A DNA stretch of 64,000 nt from an uncultured Verrucomicrobiae bacterium (GTDB lineage Bacteria > Verrucomicrobiota > Verrucomicrobiia > Palsa-1439). The stretch spans positions 64,001 to 128,000 of the forward strand of contig CAWEWF010000006.1 in assembly GCA_963812605.1 (NCBI GenBank). The letters are read 5' to 3'. Below, piece by piece: positions 43,728 through 54,021 of this stretch. The notes beneath the pieces were generated by a model that did no database searches, was not told where the DNA came from, and saw only the letters and a program-made list of their open reading frames with translations. The position numbers and the translations under genes were made by a program. Each line of letters begins with the position of its first letter. The stretch's first letter is position 1.

Positions 43728-44187
43728 CTAGACACGGCGGATTCCGGAATTCAGCTTTTGTGCCGGGCCGTCAAGATCTGCCGAGGTTTCGGTGGAATCT
43801 AACCGAACGACCTTCATGCACATACGGGTGATCTCGTTGACAACACGCCGTAAATCCTTCCTCGGAAAGCGCTCCGCGATGAGTACTCGGACGCTGGTCG
43901 TAATGTCCTTGGACATTAACTCCAAGGTCTCCCGCTCGCTGCGCAGGAAATCGCGAAGCACTTGGCGCGGGTTGTCACCTGTGCGCAACACATCTAGGGG
44001 ACCATTGGACCTTGCCGTAGGCCGACGCGACGGGCAAATGATCGAGGACGGCGTATTCCCAACCGTGTTCGCCGACCCGCTTGCACAGCAGCACTTCGCT
44101 CTGGTTCAGATGCATCAACGACATGCACACTTCCCATGGACCGCGATCCCCAATCGAATCGGGTAATTCATAGAGACCAGGCAGCAT
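43728..44187 (-). pseudogene. Hypothetical element gene split into two overlapping ORFs
   Basis: ORFs 43975-44187 and 43728-43991 overlap in different frames downstream of the excisionase-like gene. Confidence 0.35.
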
Positions 44188-44410
44188 TTGGGATTCCAGT
44201 TGGCCGAGATTCTGTGCCGACGTTCTCGAGCTCGCGCAGCTTGTCGCCGATCATACAGAGCGCTTGGTAATCGCCTCTGATTGCCACAAACGCTTCAGAA
44301 TACGCGGCGTATTCCGTGTCGCTCATTCTTTTCAGAGAAGAGCGAGTTAATTCCTTTCGCCCCTGGCCATTTCTTTTGATCACGCGTCTCCTTTCCGTCC
44401 GCTCATTCAA
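44168..44410 (-). CDS. Hypothetical protein coupled to the excisionase-like gene
   Basis: Start overlaps the stop of the upstream gene. Confidence 0.5.
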   Translation of the reverse strand: MNERTERRRVIKRNGQGRKELTRSSLKRMSDTEYAAYSEAFVAIRGDYQALCMIGDKLRELENVGTESRPTGIPNAAWSL

Positions 44411-44633
44411 CCTTCAAGAGCTTGAGCAGTTCCGAGCGAGGAATGAGCAGTTTGCCACGCAATACCCGGCAAGCGCGGAGCTTCCCGCGCTGTATCATCC
44501 GATAGACGCTAAAGTAGTGGACACCCAAAAGTTGCGCAGATTCCTCAACGGAGTAGGCAAGGCGTTCTGAATCCGGCCGTGCGGGTGCCTGTGACGGAGT
44601 ATTCATTGCTCCATTGTTTCCTGACATGGACAC
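44403..44633 (-). CDS. Excisionase-like HTH_17 protein
   Basis: RLAYSVEESAQLLGVHYFSVYRMIQRGKL..LLIPRSEL. Confidence 0.88.
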   Translation of the reverse strand: MSMSGNNGAMNTPSQAPARPDSERLAYSVEESAQLLGVHYFSVYRMIQRGKLRACRVLRGKLLIPRSELLKLLKVE

Positions 44634-44691
44634 AGTTTAGAAGAAAACTCACTCTCTCCTTGTTCCCGTTTGGGAACAACTCGCATATGGG

Positions 44692-47600
44692 CTAGGTACA
44701 GCGCGGTTTCCCTGCCCGCATCACTCGCAAGGTAAAACCATTGCCATTCTCGAACGCTTCCACACGCGCTGTGATTTCCAGCACCGGATAGCGCACCGTC
44801 GCCAGCCCGTAACTGCGATAGGTGTCGGCGAACAACTCCGTTTCGACGATCCCTGTCCAGTCCGCGATAGTCATGAACTTCATCAGTTCACCTGTGACCT
44901 GTTGGTGTAGCCGATCCTCGATTATCAATCCGCAACAAGTCACGGTTTCACCGGTGTGCTCCGCCAAATTCGCCACCGCGCAGTAAGTGTCCCAAGCCAC
45001 ATCGGGATGCAATTCCAACGGATGCCCCGAAACCGGAAAATCCAGCAGTTCGGACTCCGCTCGTAATAGGTCCAGATGCGTTGGCTCGCTCAAATCCACC
45101 GGTGGACTGCGCTCGTGGCACGAGTCGTTCAGGAGCCACGCCTGTTCGCCGCAACGATTGCCACCCACGAGATGCTGAATCCCCCAGAACTGCTCGGTGC
45201 GGGATCGGCCAAAACCGTCGAACGCTCCAACCCGCGCCAGCAGCTCCAGTTCCTCACCGCTGGCGCCGACACGCTGACAGAAGTCCTCCAGCGAAACGAA
45301 CTCACCGCGCTCGCGCTGCGCGAGGATGCGCTCCTGTGTCCGTTCGGTTAGCCCTTTCACCCGCACCGCTGGTACCCGGATCTTGCCGCCGCGCACAGCA
45401 AAGCCAGGACCCGGGTCGTTGATCCAGGGGGATAGAAGTGGAATCCGCAAGCGGTGGCATTCGAGGATGTAAACCAAAGGACGGTAGAAGCCTTTGCCAT
45501 TGGTCAGCACAGCCGCCATAAACTCCGCCGGGTAGTAGTGCTTCAGCCAGGCCGCCTGGTACGCCTCGACCCCGTAGGCGGTTGAATGGGCCTTGCAGAA
45601 CGCGTAGCCACTGAAGCCACAAACCAGTTTCCAGACCTCGGCGATCTCTTCCTCGGTCCGACCCAGCCGTTTGGCGCACTCGGCAAACTCGACTCCGATT
45701 CTCTCGACTTCCATCCACTTCTCTTTGCCCAATGCGCGACGCAATACATCGGCCCGTCCCGGCGGCAGTCCCGCGAACGCCTCGCAGATCTGGAGAATGT
45801 GTTCCTCATATACGACCATTCCGTACGTGCTTTTTAGGCATTCCGATAGCGACACATGCGGATAGACGGTTGGTTCCAGCCCCTGATAGCGCCGCGTGAA
45901 GTGCTGTTTCTTATTTTCGTTGGCGGCACCTGGACGGATCACGCTGACGATGGCGATCAGCCCGTCGATCTCGCGCACGTTGCACATCCGGCACAATGAG
46001 AGCATCGCGGGACTCTCAATGTGATGCACCGCCCGTGCGCCGCCGTCTGCGATCATTTCCCATACGGCGGGATCTTCCCACGGCTCAAGACCTCCAAGGT
46101 CGACGGTAATCCCTCGCGAGACCAGCGACTGTCGGGCATCGCGCATCGCGGCGAGTCCACCCTGGGCCAGAATGTCGATCTTGACCAAGCCGATGGCTTC
46201 TACCGCATCCATATCGAAGTGTGTCGTCGGGTAGCCCTTGTTCGACTCGAAACACGGTACCAGATTGGTCATCGGCACGCTCGAAAGCACCAGCCCGCAC
46301 GGGTGCATCTTGGGGTAACGCGGGAAGCCATCGAGGAACTGTGCCATCTGCAACGCTGATTTGTACGGCTCTTCGTTGACCGGCAGATCCCGGACCTCCT
46401 GTGTTTGCGCGACCGCCTCAACGAGATCGTGGGCTGCGGCGTGCGGGATCTTCTCGGTGAACCGCCGCACCTGGTACTCCGACACACCAAGAACTTTGGC
46501 GACCTCAGCGAAGGCGCTGCGGGCTTGGAAAGTCGAGAATCCGCCGACGACCGCCGTGTGCATGGGACCGTAGCGCTCGAAGATCAGATCGACGACATCG
46601 TCCTTCCGGTCGTGGGCAAAATCGAGATCGATGTCCGGCAATTTGTTCAGCGCCATCCGATCCTTGTTAAGGAACCGGCGAAAGTAGAGATCGAAACGGA
46701 TGGGACAGACATCGCTGATCCGCAGGCAATAGCAGACAAGGGAATCCGCCGCGCTTCCGCGTGTAATCCACTCAATGCCACGGCACTGGCATTCCTGCAG
46801 GATGTCCCAGACCACGAGAAAATACTCCTCGTAACCGACCTCAGCGATGATCGCCAGCTCTTCCTCGACCTGCAGCAGTACTTCGGCTTCGCGACCTGAA
46901 TACCTTTGCCGCAGCCCATCAAGCACCAACTTCCGGAGGAACAACCGTGGACTCGTACCATCGGGCGGATTGAAGCAGGGAAAGTGCAGTCGCCCAAAAT
47001 CGAAGTCAAACGAGCAGCGATCGGCGATTTCGATAGTCCGAGCGAGCGTGTCGATGCGACCGTTGTATGCCTCCAGCACGTCGTCAGCCTTGGCGAAGTG
47101 AAAGTCGCCGCCGAGACGCTTGTCAGGATGCGCCTGTCGCAACAACGTCAGGGTCCGGACGCTCTGTACTACATCGTACTTCCAGCGGTCTGCCGGCTCG
47201 GCGTAGTGAATAGCGGGCAAGGCCACATCAGCCGCGTGGTAGAACCGTTGGGGGAAATGTCGCTTGAGTGTCTGATCGGAACCGACCGCGAGCAGGCCAG
47301 TCGTGTCTTGCTTCAGAAGGGTTTCCGGTCGAGTCAGGATCCGGCACAAGTTCCGGTAGCCCGTTGTGTTCTGGACGAAGAGCAGCAACCGCGAGCTTCC
47401 TCGACTCACTTCCGCGCCGATGATCGGTTTGATGCCGGCAGCCCTGGCGGCGGTCGCGAACTCCACAGCTCCGTGAAGATTGCCGATGTCGGTGATGGCA
47501 ACAGCGGGCAGATGACGCTGGACGGCGAGATCAACAATGGCTTGAATCGACAAGGTTGAGTTCAGAAAGGAATAGAAACTGTGGACATTCAGTGGAACAT

Positions 47601-48840
47601 AGGGGGTCGTGATGGAGTGGGTAGTGGTTCGTTTGGCCAGCTCTGAAGCGAACCTCCGCGAAGGCTTCATTCGCTCCGCCAGCAACAAGTCATGACCACG
47701 CATCACGGCCCTGCGCCCGTGACTTCCCCGAAGTTCATCAATCACTCTCGACAGGTGACGGCGCGCTTCGTGTTGTCGGGTATCGGCATCCAGCGGCAGT
47801 TCCGTGCGTACGAATCCCTCGTAAAGATTGGTGAACTTTAGCGACACGAGCCGCAGGCTAACGCGTCGTTTCCAGGCCTGTTTCAGCATCGGGCGGAACC
47901 GCGAATAAAGGTCCGTCTCAAGGTCCGTCGGTTCCGAGAGACTTTCACTGTGTTGGTCTTCGGCCATATCGTTGTACCGGACTTTGACTGTCACCGTCCG
48001 GACGCTCATGCCATCCTCTCTGACTTTGACCATCAGCCCGTCTGCCATACGTCGTAATGTCGCTTCGATGAATTCTTCGTTGGTGGTGTCCTCAGAAAAA
48101 GTCTCCTGTTGGCCGTAAGACTTGGCGGGAGCGGCTTCACGAATAACCGGGCGATCATCACGACCATTCGCGTATTCCCGGATTTGGAGAGCGCTACGCC
48201 CCAGGAGCATTGCCAGTAAATCAACGGGCGTGGCGGCAATCTGTCCAATGCGCGCCAGACCACCGGTGTTCAGGCGTTGCGCAGTCTTGGGTCCAATGCC
48301 TGGCAGCCAACGATTGGCGAGTGGATGAAGGAAATTCGTCTCCTGTCCGCGCGGAATCATCGTGAACGCAGCTGGCTTGTTTAATTTCGAGGCGATCTGG
48401 CTGATCAACTTGTTGCTGCCGATACCCTCGCTGACGGTGATCTTGAGGGACTGCTGGATGGCGGTACGGAGCGTCTGCGCAATGTCGGTGGGAGATTTCC
48501 TCGCACCCGTCAGGTCGAGGTAACCTTCATCGATGGAGCCGACCTCGACATCCGGGGTAAAATCGTGAGCGTAGGAGAACATCCAGCGGGAGAACCGTTC
48601 GTACTTCTCGTAGTCGCCCGGCAGCACGATCAATTTGGGACAAAGTCTGCGAGCCCGAACCGTCGGCATGGGCGTGAAGATGCCGAATTTCCGGGCCTCG
48701 TAAGAGGCTGAGGCGATGATGCCGCGCTTCTCGCCGCCAACCGCAATGGCCCTGCCGCGCAATCGAGGATCGGCGGCCTGCTCCACCGATGCGAAGAAGG
48801 CGTCGGCATCGAGATGGACGATGGCTCTTTGCATGGACAT
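44692..48840 (-). CDS. Y-family polymerase (DinB-like) fused to a C-family DnaE2-like polymerase
   Basis: HLDADAFFASVE and SIDEGYLD (Y family); PHP, RGSAADS, PDIDLDF, KIDIL, CKAHS and OB fold (C family) in one 1382-aa ORF. Confidence 0.92.
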   Translation of the reverse strand: MSMQRAIVHLDADAFFASVEQAADPRLRGRAIAVGGEKRGIIASASYEARKFGIFTPMPTVRARRLCPKLIVLPGDYEKYERFSRWMFSYAHDFTPDVEVGSIDEGYLDLTGARKSPTDIAQTLRTAIQQSLKITVSEGIGSNKLISQIASKLNKPAAFTMIPRGQETNFLHPLANRWLPGIGPKTAQRLNTGGLARIGQIAATPVDLLAMLLGRSALQIREYANGRDDRPVIREAAPAKSYGQQETFSEDTTNEEFIEATLRRMADGLMVKVREDGMSVRTVTVKVRYNDMAEDQHSESLSEPTDLETDLYSRFRPMLKQAWKRRVSLRLVSLKFTNLYEGFVRTELPLDADTRQHEARRHLSRVIDELRGSHGRRAVMRGHDLLLAERMKPSRRFASELAKRTTTHSITTPYVPLNVHSFYSFLNSTLSIQAIVDLAVQRHLPAVAITDIGNLHGAVEFATAARAAGIKPIIGAEVSRGSSRLLLFVQNTTGYRNLCRILTRPETLLKQDTTGLLAVGSDQTLKRHFPQRFYHAADVALPAIHYAEPADRWKYDVVQSVRTLTLLRQAHPDKRLGGDFHFAKADDVLEAYNGRIDTLARTIEIADRCSFDFDFGRLHFPCFNPPDGTSPRLFLRKLVLDGLRQRYSGREAEVLLQVEEELAIIAEVGYEEYFLVVWDILQECQCRGIEWITRGSAADSLVCYCLRISDVCPIRFDLYFRRFLNKDRMALNKLPDIDLDFAHDRKDDVVDLIFERYGPMHTAVVGGFSTFQARSAFAEVAKVLGVSEYQVRRFTEKIPHAAAHDLVEAVAQTQEVRDLPVNEEPYKSALQMAQFLDGFPRYPKMHPCGLVLSSVPMTNLVPCFESNKGYPTTHFDMDAVEAIGLVKIDILAQGGLAAMRDARQSLVSRGITVDLGGLEPWEDPAVWEMIADGGARAVHHIESPAMLSLCRMCNVREIDGLIAIVSVIRPGAANENKKQHFTRRYQGLEPTVYPHVSLSECLKSTYGMVVYEEHILQICEAFAGLPPGRADVLRRALGKEKWMEVERIGVEFAECAKRLGRTEEEIAEVWKLVCGFSGYAFCKAHSTAYGVEAYQAAWLKHYYPAEFMAAVLTNGKGFYRPLVYILECHRLRIPLLSPWINDPGPGFAVRGGKIRVPAVRVKGLTERTQERILAQRERGEFVSLEDFCQRVGASGEELELLARVGAFDGFGRSRTEQFWGIQHLVGGNRCGEQAWLLNDSCHERSPPVDLSEPTHLDLLRAESELLDFPVSGHPLELHPDVAWDTYCAVANLAEHTGETVTCCGLIIEDRLHQQVTGELMKFMTIADWTGIVETELFADTYRSYGLATVRYPVLEITARVEAFENGNGFTLRVMRAGKPRCT

Positions 48841-48850
48841 CTGCCTTCAG

Positions 48851-48942
48851 TCCGCCCCCTTCGTCGTCCCCGTTATCAGGATGTTGTGGGCCGGTTAAGG
48901 CACGGAGGTAGGGCCGACAACGAGGACGACGGTGAAGGTGGA
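48851..48942 (-). promoter_or_regulatory. Long RNA stem-loop between lexA and the polymerase gene
   Basis: 24 of 27 positions pair on the minus strand, including 4 G-U pairs. Confidence 0.6.
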
Positions 48943-48946
48943 TTGA

Positions 48947-49564
48947 TTATTTTCGTTTGCGCATCAAGGCCACCATTACCCCTTGGATGACCAGTTCAGT
49001 CGCGGGAATCAATTTGGGGTATTTGGGGTTTTCGGCTTTCAAGTACGGCTTGCCGCGTTCCGTTAAGTAAGTCTTCAGGGTGCTTTCGTTGTCAATCAGT
49101 GCCGCAACCGTGTCCCCGGGACGGGGCTCTAAGCCATGTTCGAAGACCGCAATATCCCCGTCGACGATGTACTTACCAATCATCGAATCGCCACGCACGC
49201 GAAGGGCAAAGGTGCGGGCTGTTGGACGGATGCCCAAAGTAGCGACATCCACACTGATGCAACCCTCGGCCTCTTGCTTCTGTTCCTCGGAATAACCCGC
49301 GGGGATCGTGCCATAGAGCGGGATGTCAACGACCTGGCTCCGCAGTTTGTCCAGTGCTGACACGACCTGCCAGGAGCGGGCACGACCGGGGCGGTGCTTG
49401 AGTGCGCCTTTGCCGATTAAAGCGCGGATGTGGTTGGCCGCTCCCGTGGCACTGCGAAAACTGAAATGCCGTGCGATTTCCCGCACGCTGGGAATTTGAC
49501 CCGTCGCCTGACGCTGTAAATCAATGAAGTCTAATATTTGCTGTTGGCGTTTGGTTAATTCCAT
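48947..49564 (-). CDS. lexA: LexA repressor
   Basis: LTKRQQQIL..PSVREIA wHTH; IPAG cleavage site; GDSM Ser and TLK Lys catalytic dyad. Confidence 0.95.
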   Translation of the reverse strand: MELTKRQQQILDFIDLQRQATGQIPSVREIARHFSFRSATGAANHIRALIGKGALKHRPGRARSWQVVSALDKLRSQVVDIPLYGTIPAGYSEEQKQEAEGCISVDVATLGIRPTARTFALRVRGDSMIGKYIVDGDIAVFEHGLEPRPGDTVAALIDNESTLKTYLTERGKPYLKAENPKYPKLIPATELVIQGVMVALMRKRK

Positions 49565-49607
49565 AGTGTACATTTGTACACTACACGCGTATACTTGCCG
49601 CTGTCAA
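49564..49607 (-). promoter_or_regulatory. lexA promoter with palindromic operator
   Basis: TAGTGTACA-TT-TGTACACTA (49564-49583); TTGACA -35 on the minus strand at 49607-49602. Confidence 0.75.
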
Positions 49608-49647
49608 GAGTCTCGAATGGACCGGGGGTTGCGACTACAATTAACTT

Positions 49648-50433
49648 ATGCTCGGCGCAGAAACACCAGCACACGCCACGCTCAAGAAACTGGCCGTTCA
49701 GTGGGCGCAACTGCAGCGATATCCCATCTGCGGAATCGAGGTCCGCCTCCCCCATTCCAACTACCGAGCAGATGTCGTGGCGTACCGGCCCGCAACCCAG
49801 CGACTCCCCTTCCCCGCCAATGGGAAGGCGCCGCATCGGTTGGTCCGTCAGCCCGTTGTTGGCAGGACGGCAGTGTTTGAATGCAAACAGGCCCGGTCCG
49901 ATTTCCTGAAGGACTCGCATTCAATCGACGAGACAACAAACCGGTTGAAGGCGCTTGATGAACGACGGTGGACGCTGGAGCGGCTGTTGGGAATGCACCA
50001 GCCGTCGTTACGGAAAGGAGAGTCGCTGTTTGCCGAATACGACGCCATCGACATCTCCAATTTCGAACACAAAACCTATCGAAAGGTGATTCGGGAGATT
50101 TCCATTTTGCAGGCTCGCCTCTATGGCAAGACCAAGTTTGACAAGGTCGCACGGTACTGCTGCGCGAATCTTTGTTACTTGGTGGTGGAGGACGGAATCC
50201 TCAAGTGTCACGAGGTGCCGTTGTACTGGGGGTTGCTGGTTCGGCGGGGCGAAGCACTACTGCTAAAGAGAATGCCGCTGTGGCAGGATGTACCGATACC
50301 GACTCGACTGGAACTGCTGCAGCGAATAGCCCTGACCGGGACACGACGATTGAACGGGGCCTCGGACCTGTCGGAGGTGCATTCGACGGACGAACGACCA
50401 CAGTCAAGAGGTTGGGTTAGTTCTGTTCAATGA
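49648..50433 (+). CDS. MmcB-like PD-(D/E)XK nuclease
   Basis: IEV..RADVVAY..VFECKQARSDFLKD..YCCANLCYLV..EVPLYWGLL; divergent from lexA. Confidence 0.65.
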   Translation: MLGAETPAHATLKKLAVQWAQLQRYPICGIEVRLPHSNYRADVVAYRPATQRLPFPANGKAPHRLVRQPVVGRTAVFECKQARSDFLKDSHSIDETTNRLKALDERRWTLERLLGMHQPSLRKGESLFAEYDAIDISNFEHKTYRKVIREISILQARLYGKTKFDKVARYCCANLCYLVVEDGILKCHEVPLYWGLLVRRGEALLLKRMPLWQDVPIPTRLELLQRIALTGTRRLNGASDLSEVHSTDERPQSRGWVSSVQ

Positions 50434-52069
50434 GTGCCATTGGAGGTTCGTTCATTACTTCTTGCACCTTGAGTTTTAACGCATCCGTAGTCACCGGTTT
50501 TTGGAGAAAAGGAATTTGTTTGTCGAACATCCCGTTGCGAATGCCAAGTTTCTGAGGGTAGGCGGAACAGAACAGGATTTTGGTTGTGGGAAAGCGCGAT
50601 CCAACCTTGAAAGCCAATTCCTTGCCACCCATAACTGGCATTACCAAGTCCGTCAATAGAAGATCGATTCTTTGTTCACTAGAACGCTCCAAGATCCGAA
50701 GAGCTTGCTCGCCGTTTTCTGCCTCGAGGACGGTGCACCCCATTTCCCGCAATATCGAAGTCATGAATTCCCGTATCACCTGTTCATCTTCCGCTACCAG
50801 CACGGTGGCAGGGCTCCGAGAAGAATCGGGCGACTCAGAAGACGCCGTTCCAATCAAAGCCTCTTGCTCAGCCTTCCTGTCGATAGCCCGATCGGGGTCA
50901 ATCGATTGATTGAGTTTTGGGGATTGTATTCGGGGCAAGTAGATCGCGAATGAAGTGCCCTTGCCCGGTTCGCTATGAACGACGATGTGGCCGCCGCTTT
51001 GGTGGATTGTTCCGTAGCATGTAGACAAGCCAAGACCCGTGCCCTTGCCGGGCTCCTTCGTCGTAAAGAATGGCTCGAACAAGTGTTTCCGTATTTCTTC
51101 TGTCATACGGTGCCCGTGTCCGTGACCTTGAGCATTATGTAATCGCCAAATGGAACCCCGGCATAGTGATTGATATTGTTTTGCGTAACGGTCAGATTGG
51201 CTGTGGCTACGGTAAGCGTTCCTCCGCTGGGCATGGCATCCCGCGCATTAATGACCAGGTTAATGACGACCTGTTCCAGGCTGTTTACATCGACCTCACA
51301 CCATCCAAGATCAGATTCTACGAGCGTAACAAATTGAATGCTGCTGCCCAACAACGGCGTCAGCATGGGCTTCATCGCGCTAATCGTAGCGCCAAGATTC
51401 AATGCCCCGGTTTTTAATTCCTGTTTGCGACTAAATGCCAAGAGACGTACCACGAGGGAACGCGCCTGGTCAGCTGCACTTTGAATATGCTGGAGCTTCG
51501 CACGTTGCAATGCACTTAGATCCTTCTCTCTAATCAGCAATTGAGATTGACCGAGGATGACAGTGAGGACGTTTTTGAAATCATGGGCAGCGCCGGCAGC
51601 CAAACGACCCATTGCTTCCATTTTTTGTGCCTGCCGTAATCGGTCTTCGCTTTGTTGTAATGCCAATTGGACCCGCCGTTGTTCCCGGCGGATATCTGCT
51701 TCCTGGAGTCTCCTGCTGAACAACGGGAGCGAGACGCGTCAAGTTGCTTTTCATGACGTAGTCGTGAGCTCCCCGTTTCATGGCCAATACTGCGGTCTCC
51801 TCGCCAACCGTGGCGGATACTAGAATAAATGGAATGTCGCGCCCGACCTCCTTGAAAACCTGAAGCGCCGCCAATCCGTCAAAATTTGGCATATGGAAAT
51901 CGCTGATAACGATCTGCCAATCCTCACTTTGTAATGCCGCTCGTAGGGTGGCCGCATCGTCTACGCGCTTATGCTGCGGTTCAAAGCCGTTTTTCTTGAG
52001 TTGGCGCAAGAGGAGGAAAACGTCTTTTTCTGAATCGTCTACAAACAGGACTCGCAGGGGTTCGCTCAT
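50417..52069 (-). pseudogene. Hybrid REC-HisKA-HATPase-REC kinase broken by two frameshifts
   Basis: Three overlapping ORFs 51581-52069, 51103-51723 and 50417-51106 carry consecutive domains. Confidence 0.85.
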
Positions 52070-54021
52070 TTACGTAGTTTCTCCTGCGGCCCCGGCCCGA
52101 CTTTGTTCGCAACGGCCAGCGTAAAACAAAATGTTGCGCCGTGGTCAATCGCGGCCGAGGCCCAAATTTTGCCGCCGTGGCGAGCGATGACACGCTGAAC
52201 TGTCGCGAGACCGATGCCGGTGCCTTGAAAGTCGGAAGCTTTGTGTAGTCGCTTGAAAGGCGAAAATAACTTTTGCGCCTGCTGCATATCAAAGCCGGCG
52301 CCATCATCGCGAACGTAGAAAACCTGTTCACCGTTTGATTGCAATAACGAGCCGACTTCGATACGCGCGCGCGGTTGCTTGGAAGTGAACTTCCAGGCGT
52401 TATTGAGGAGGTTCTCCAATACGACGCGGAGGAGCTGCGGATCGGCTTCCGCGATTAGGTCGTTGGCGATCACGAAATCAACCGCTCGCTCCGGTGCGCT
52501 CGCCTTCAGATGATCAGCAATGTCGGCTGCCATCAGACTCAAATCGACTTCTTGGCGGAACATTTCGGTGCGCATCATTTTGGAAAGGGCCAGCAAGGCG
52601 TCAATAATCTCGCCCATTTGATGACAACTATTGCGGACGTGTTTCAGATGGTCCAATCCCTCTGTGTCCAAGCGGTCAGCGTAGTCCTCGATGAGGACCT
52701 GACTGAAGCCATCTATATTTTGCAATGGGGAACGAAGATCGTGGGATACGGAATAGCTGAAGGCTTCGAGTTCTTTATTGGCCGCTTCCAGCTCCGCGGC
52801 GCGTTGTCCGAGTTCTTCATTGAGATGAATGACTTTTTGTTCGGTTTGTTTACGCTCGCTGATGTCGCGAAGGGCGCTGGTGACGAGGATGCCTTGTTCG
52901 GTCTCCAGCGGTTTCATGGAGATTTCGATGGGCAATTCGCGCCCATCTTTGTGGATGGCGCTCAATTCGATACTCGTGCCCATCATCTGCTCACCGCGAT
53001 TGCCAAAGTAAATAGCGTACTGCTGCAGGTAGGTTTTCCGATAGCGCTCGGGGACAAGGATGGCAACGGTTTGACCGGCAAGGTCCTGGGAGGTGTAGCC
53101 GAGCAGTTTTTCCGTGTGGGAATTGCTGACGACAATTTTACCCTCCTTGTTAACGATCACGATTGCGTCTGGTGAGGATTCGAGAAAGCCGTTTAGTTTT
53201 TCCCCGAGCTTGCCGTTCTCCAGCATCAACCAATAGGTGGTGAAGCTGCATAATAGCAAAACAACGGAGGCCAGCGAACCGGCCTCGACCAAGGCCACTT
53301 TGACAATATGCGCGTGCTGTGACGCGGCGGTGGTTTGGACGACAATCTGGGTTTGGGCAGCCTGGTCCAACACCTGAAGCTTGGCCGCAATGGTTTGCAT
53401 GCTGTCGTACCCCTGATCGGCGAACCCGCGTTGTCCGACGGCCCGAAAAACATTTTTGTTACCTAGGTCCACCATTTGTTTGAGCACGGCCAGATGGGCG
53501 AGGATTAGATTGTTGAGTTCTTCGAACTGCTTGGAAGTGGCGGCTGTTCCACGCAACATGTTCTGGAGGTTTTCGAGTTCAGGACGCACGGATTGTACCG
53601 CACCGTAATACTGATCTAGGTGCGATTGCTTGCCGGAGATGGCAAAGCCACGGGCGCCGCTTTCGGCTTCGTGCAAGGTGGCGGTCAGGGAATGCAGGTC
53701 GAGAAGTAATTGTCCTGTGCGTCCAATTGCATTACGTATCTCCTGTTCCTGAGCAAAATTATCAAAGACGCGCTGACCTAAGGAAACCAGTGCGTAAATT
53801 GTGCCGAAAAGAACTGCAGCGGGAAGCAAAATACTCCGGCAACGTTCTCGTATTCGTGGCTTCTTCGCTCGCGGGGTTAGCTGAGTCTGGGCAACTCTAG
53901 GAACAGCAGGAAGGGCTTCGTTCGCGGTCGGCGGCGACCCGATCCTAGCCCCGTCCGGCACGCTGGACTTTGCGCCCTCGACAAACACATCTCTATTCTG
54001 TAGTTCCTCAGTAAGATTCAA
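52066..54021 (-). CDS. CHASE3-PAS sensor histidine kinase
   Basis: AESGARGF (CHASE3-like), PAS, SVSHDLRSPL, NAWKFT, GIGLATVQR. Confidence 0.9.
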   Translation of the reverse strand: MNLTEELQNRDVFVEGAKSSVPDGARIGSPPTANEALPAVPRVAQTQLTPRAKKPRIRERCRSILLPAAVLFGTIYALVSLGQRVFDNFAQEQEIRNAIGRTGQLLLDLHSLTATLHEAESGARGFAISGKQSHLDQYYGAVQSVRPELENLQNMLRGTAATSKQFEELNNLILAHLAVLKQMVDLGNKNVFRAVGQRGFADQGYDSMQTIAAKLQVLDQAAQTQIVVQTTAASQHAHIVKVALVEAGSLASVVLLLCSFTTYWLMLENGKLGEKLNGFLESSPDAIVIVNKEGKIVVSNSHTEKLLGYTSQDLAGQTVAILVPERYRKTYLQQYAIYFGNRGEQMMGTSIELSAIHKDGRELPIEISMKPLETEQGILVTSALRDISERKQTEQKVIHLNEELGQRAAELEAANKELEAFSYSVSHDLRSPLQNIDGFSQVLIEDYADRLDTEGLDHLKHVRNSCHQMGEIIDALLALSKMMRTEMFRQEVDLSLMAADIADHLKASAPERAVDFVIANDLIAEADPQLLRVVLENLLNNAWKFTSKQPRARIEVGSLLQSNGEQVFYVRDDGAGFDMQQAQKLFSPFKRLHKASDFQGTGIGLATVQRVIARHGGKIWASAAIDHGATFCFTLAVANKVGPGPQEKLRK

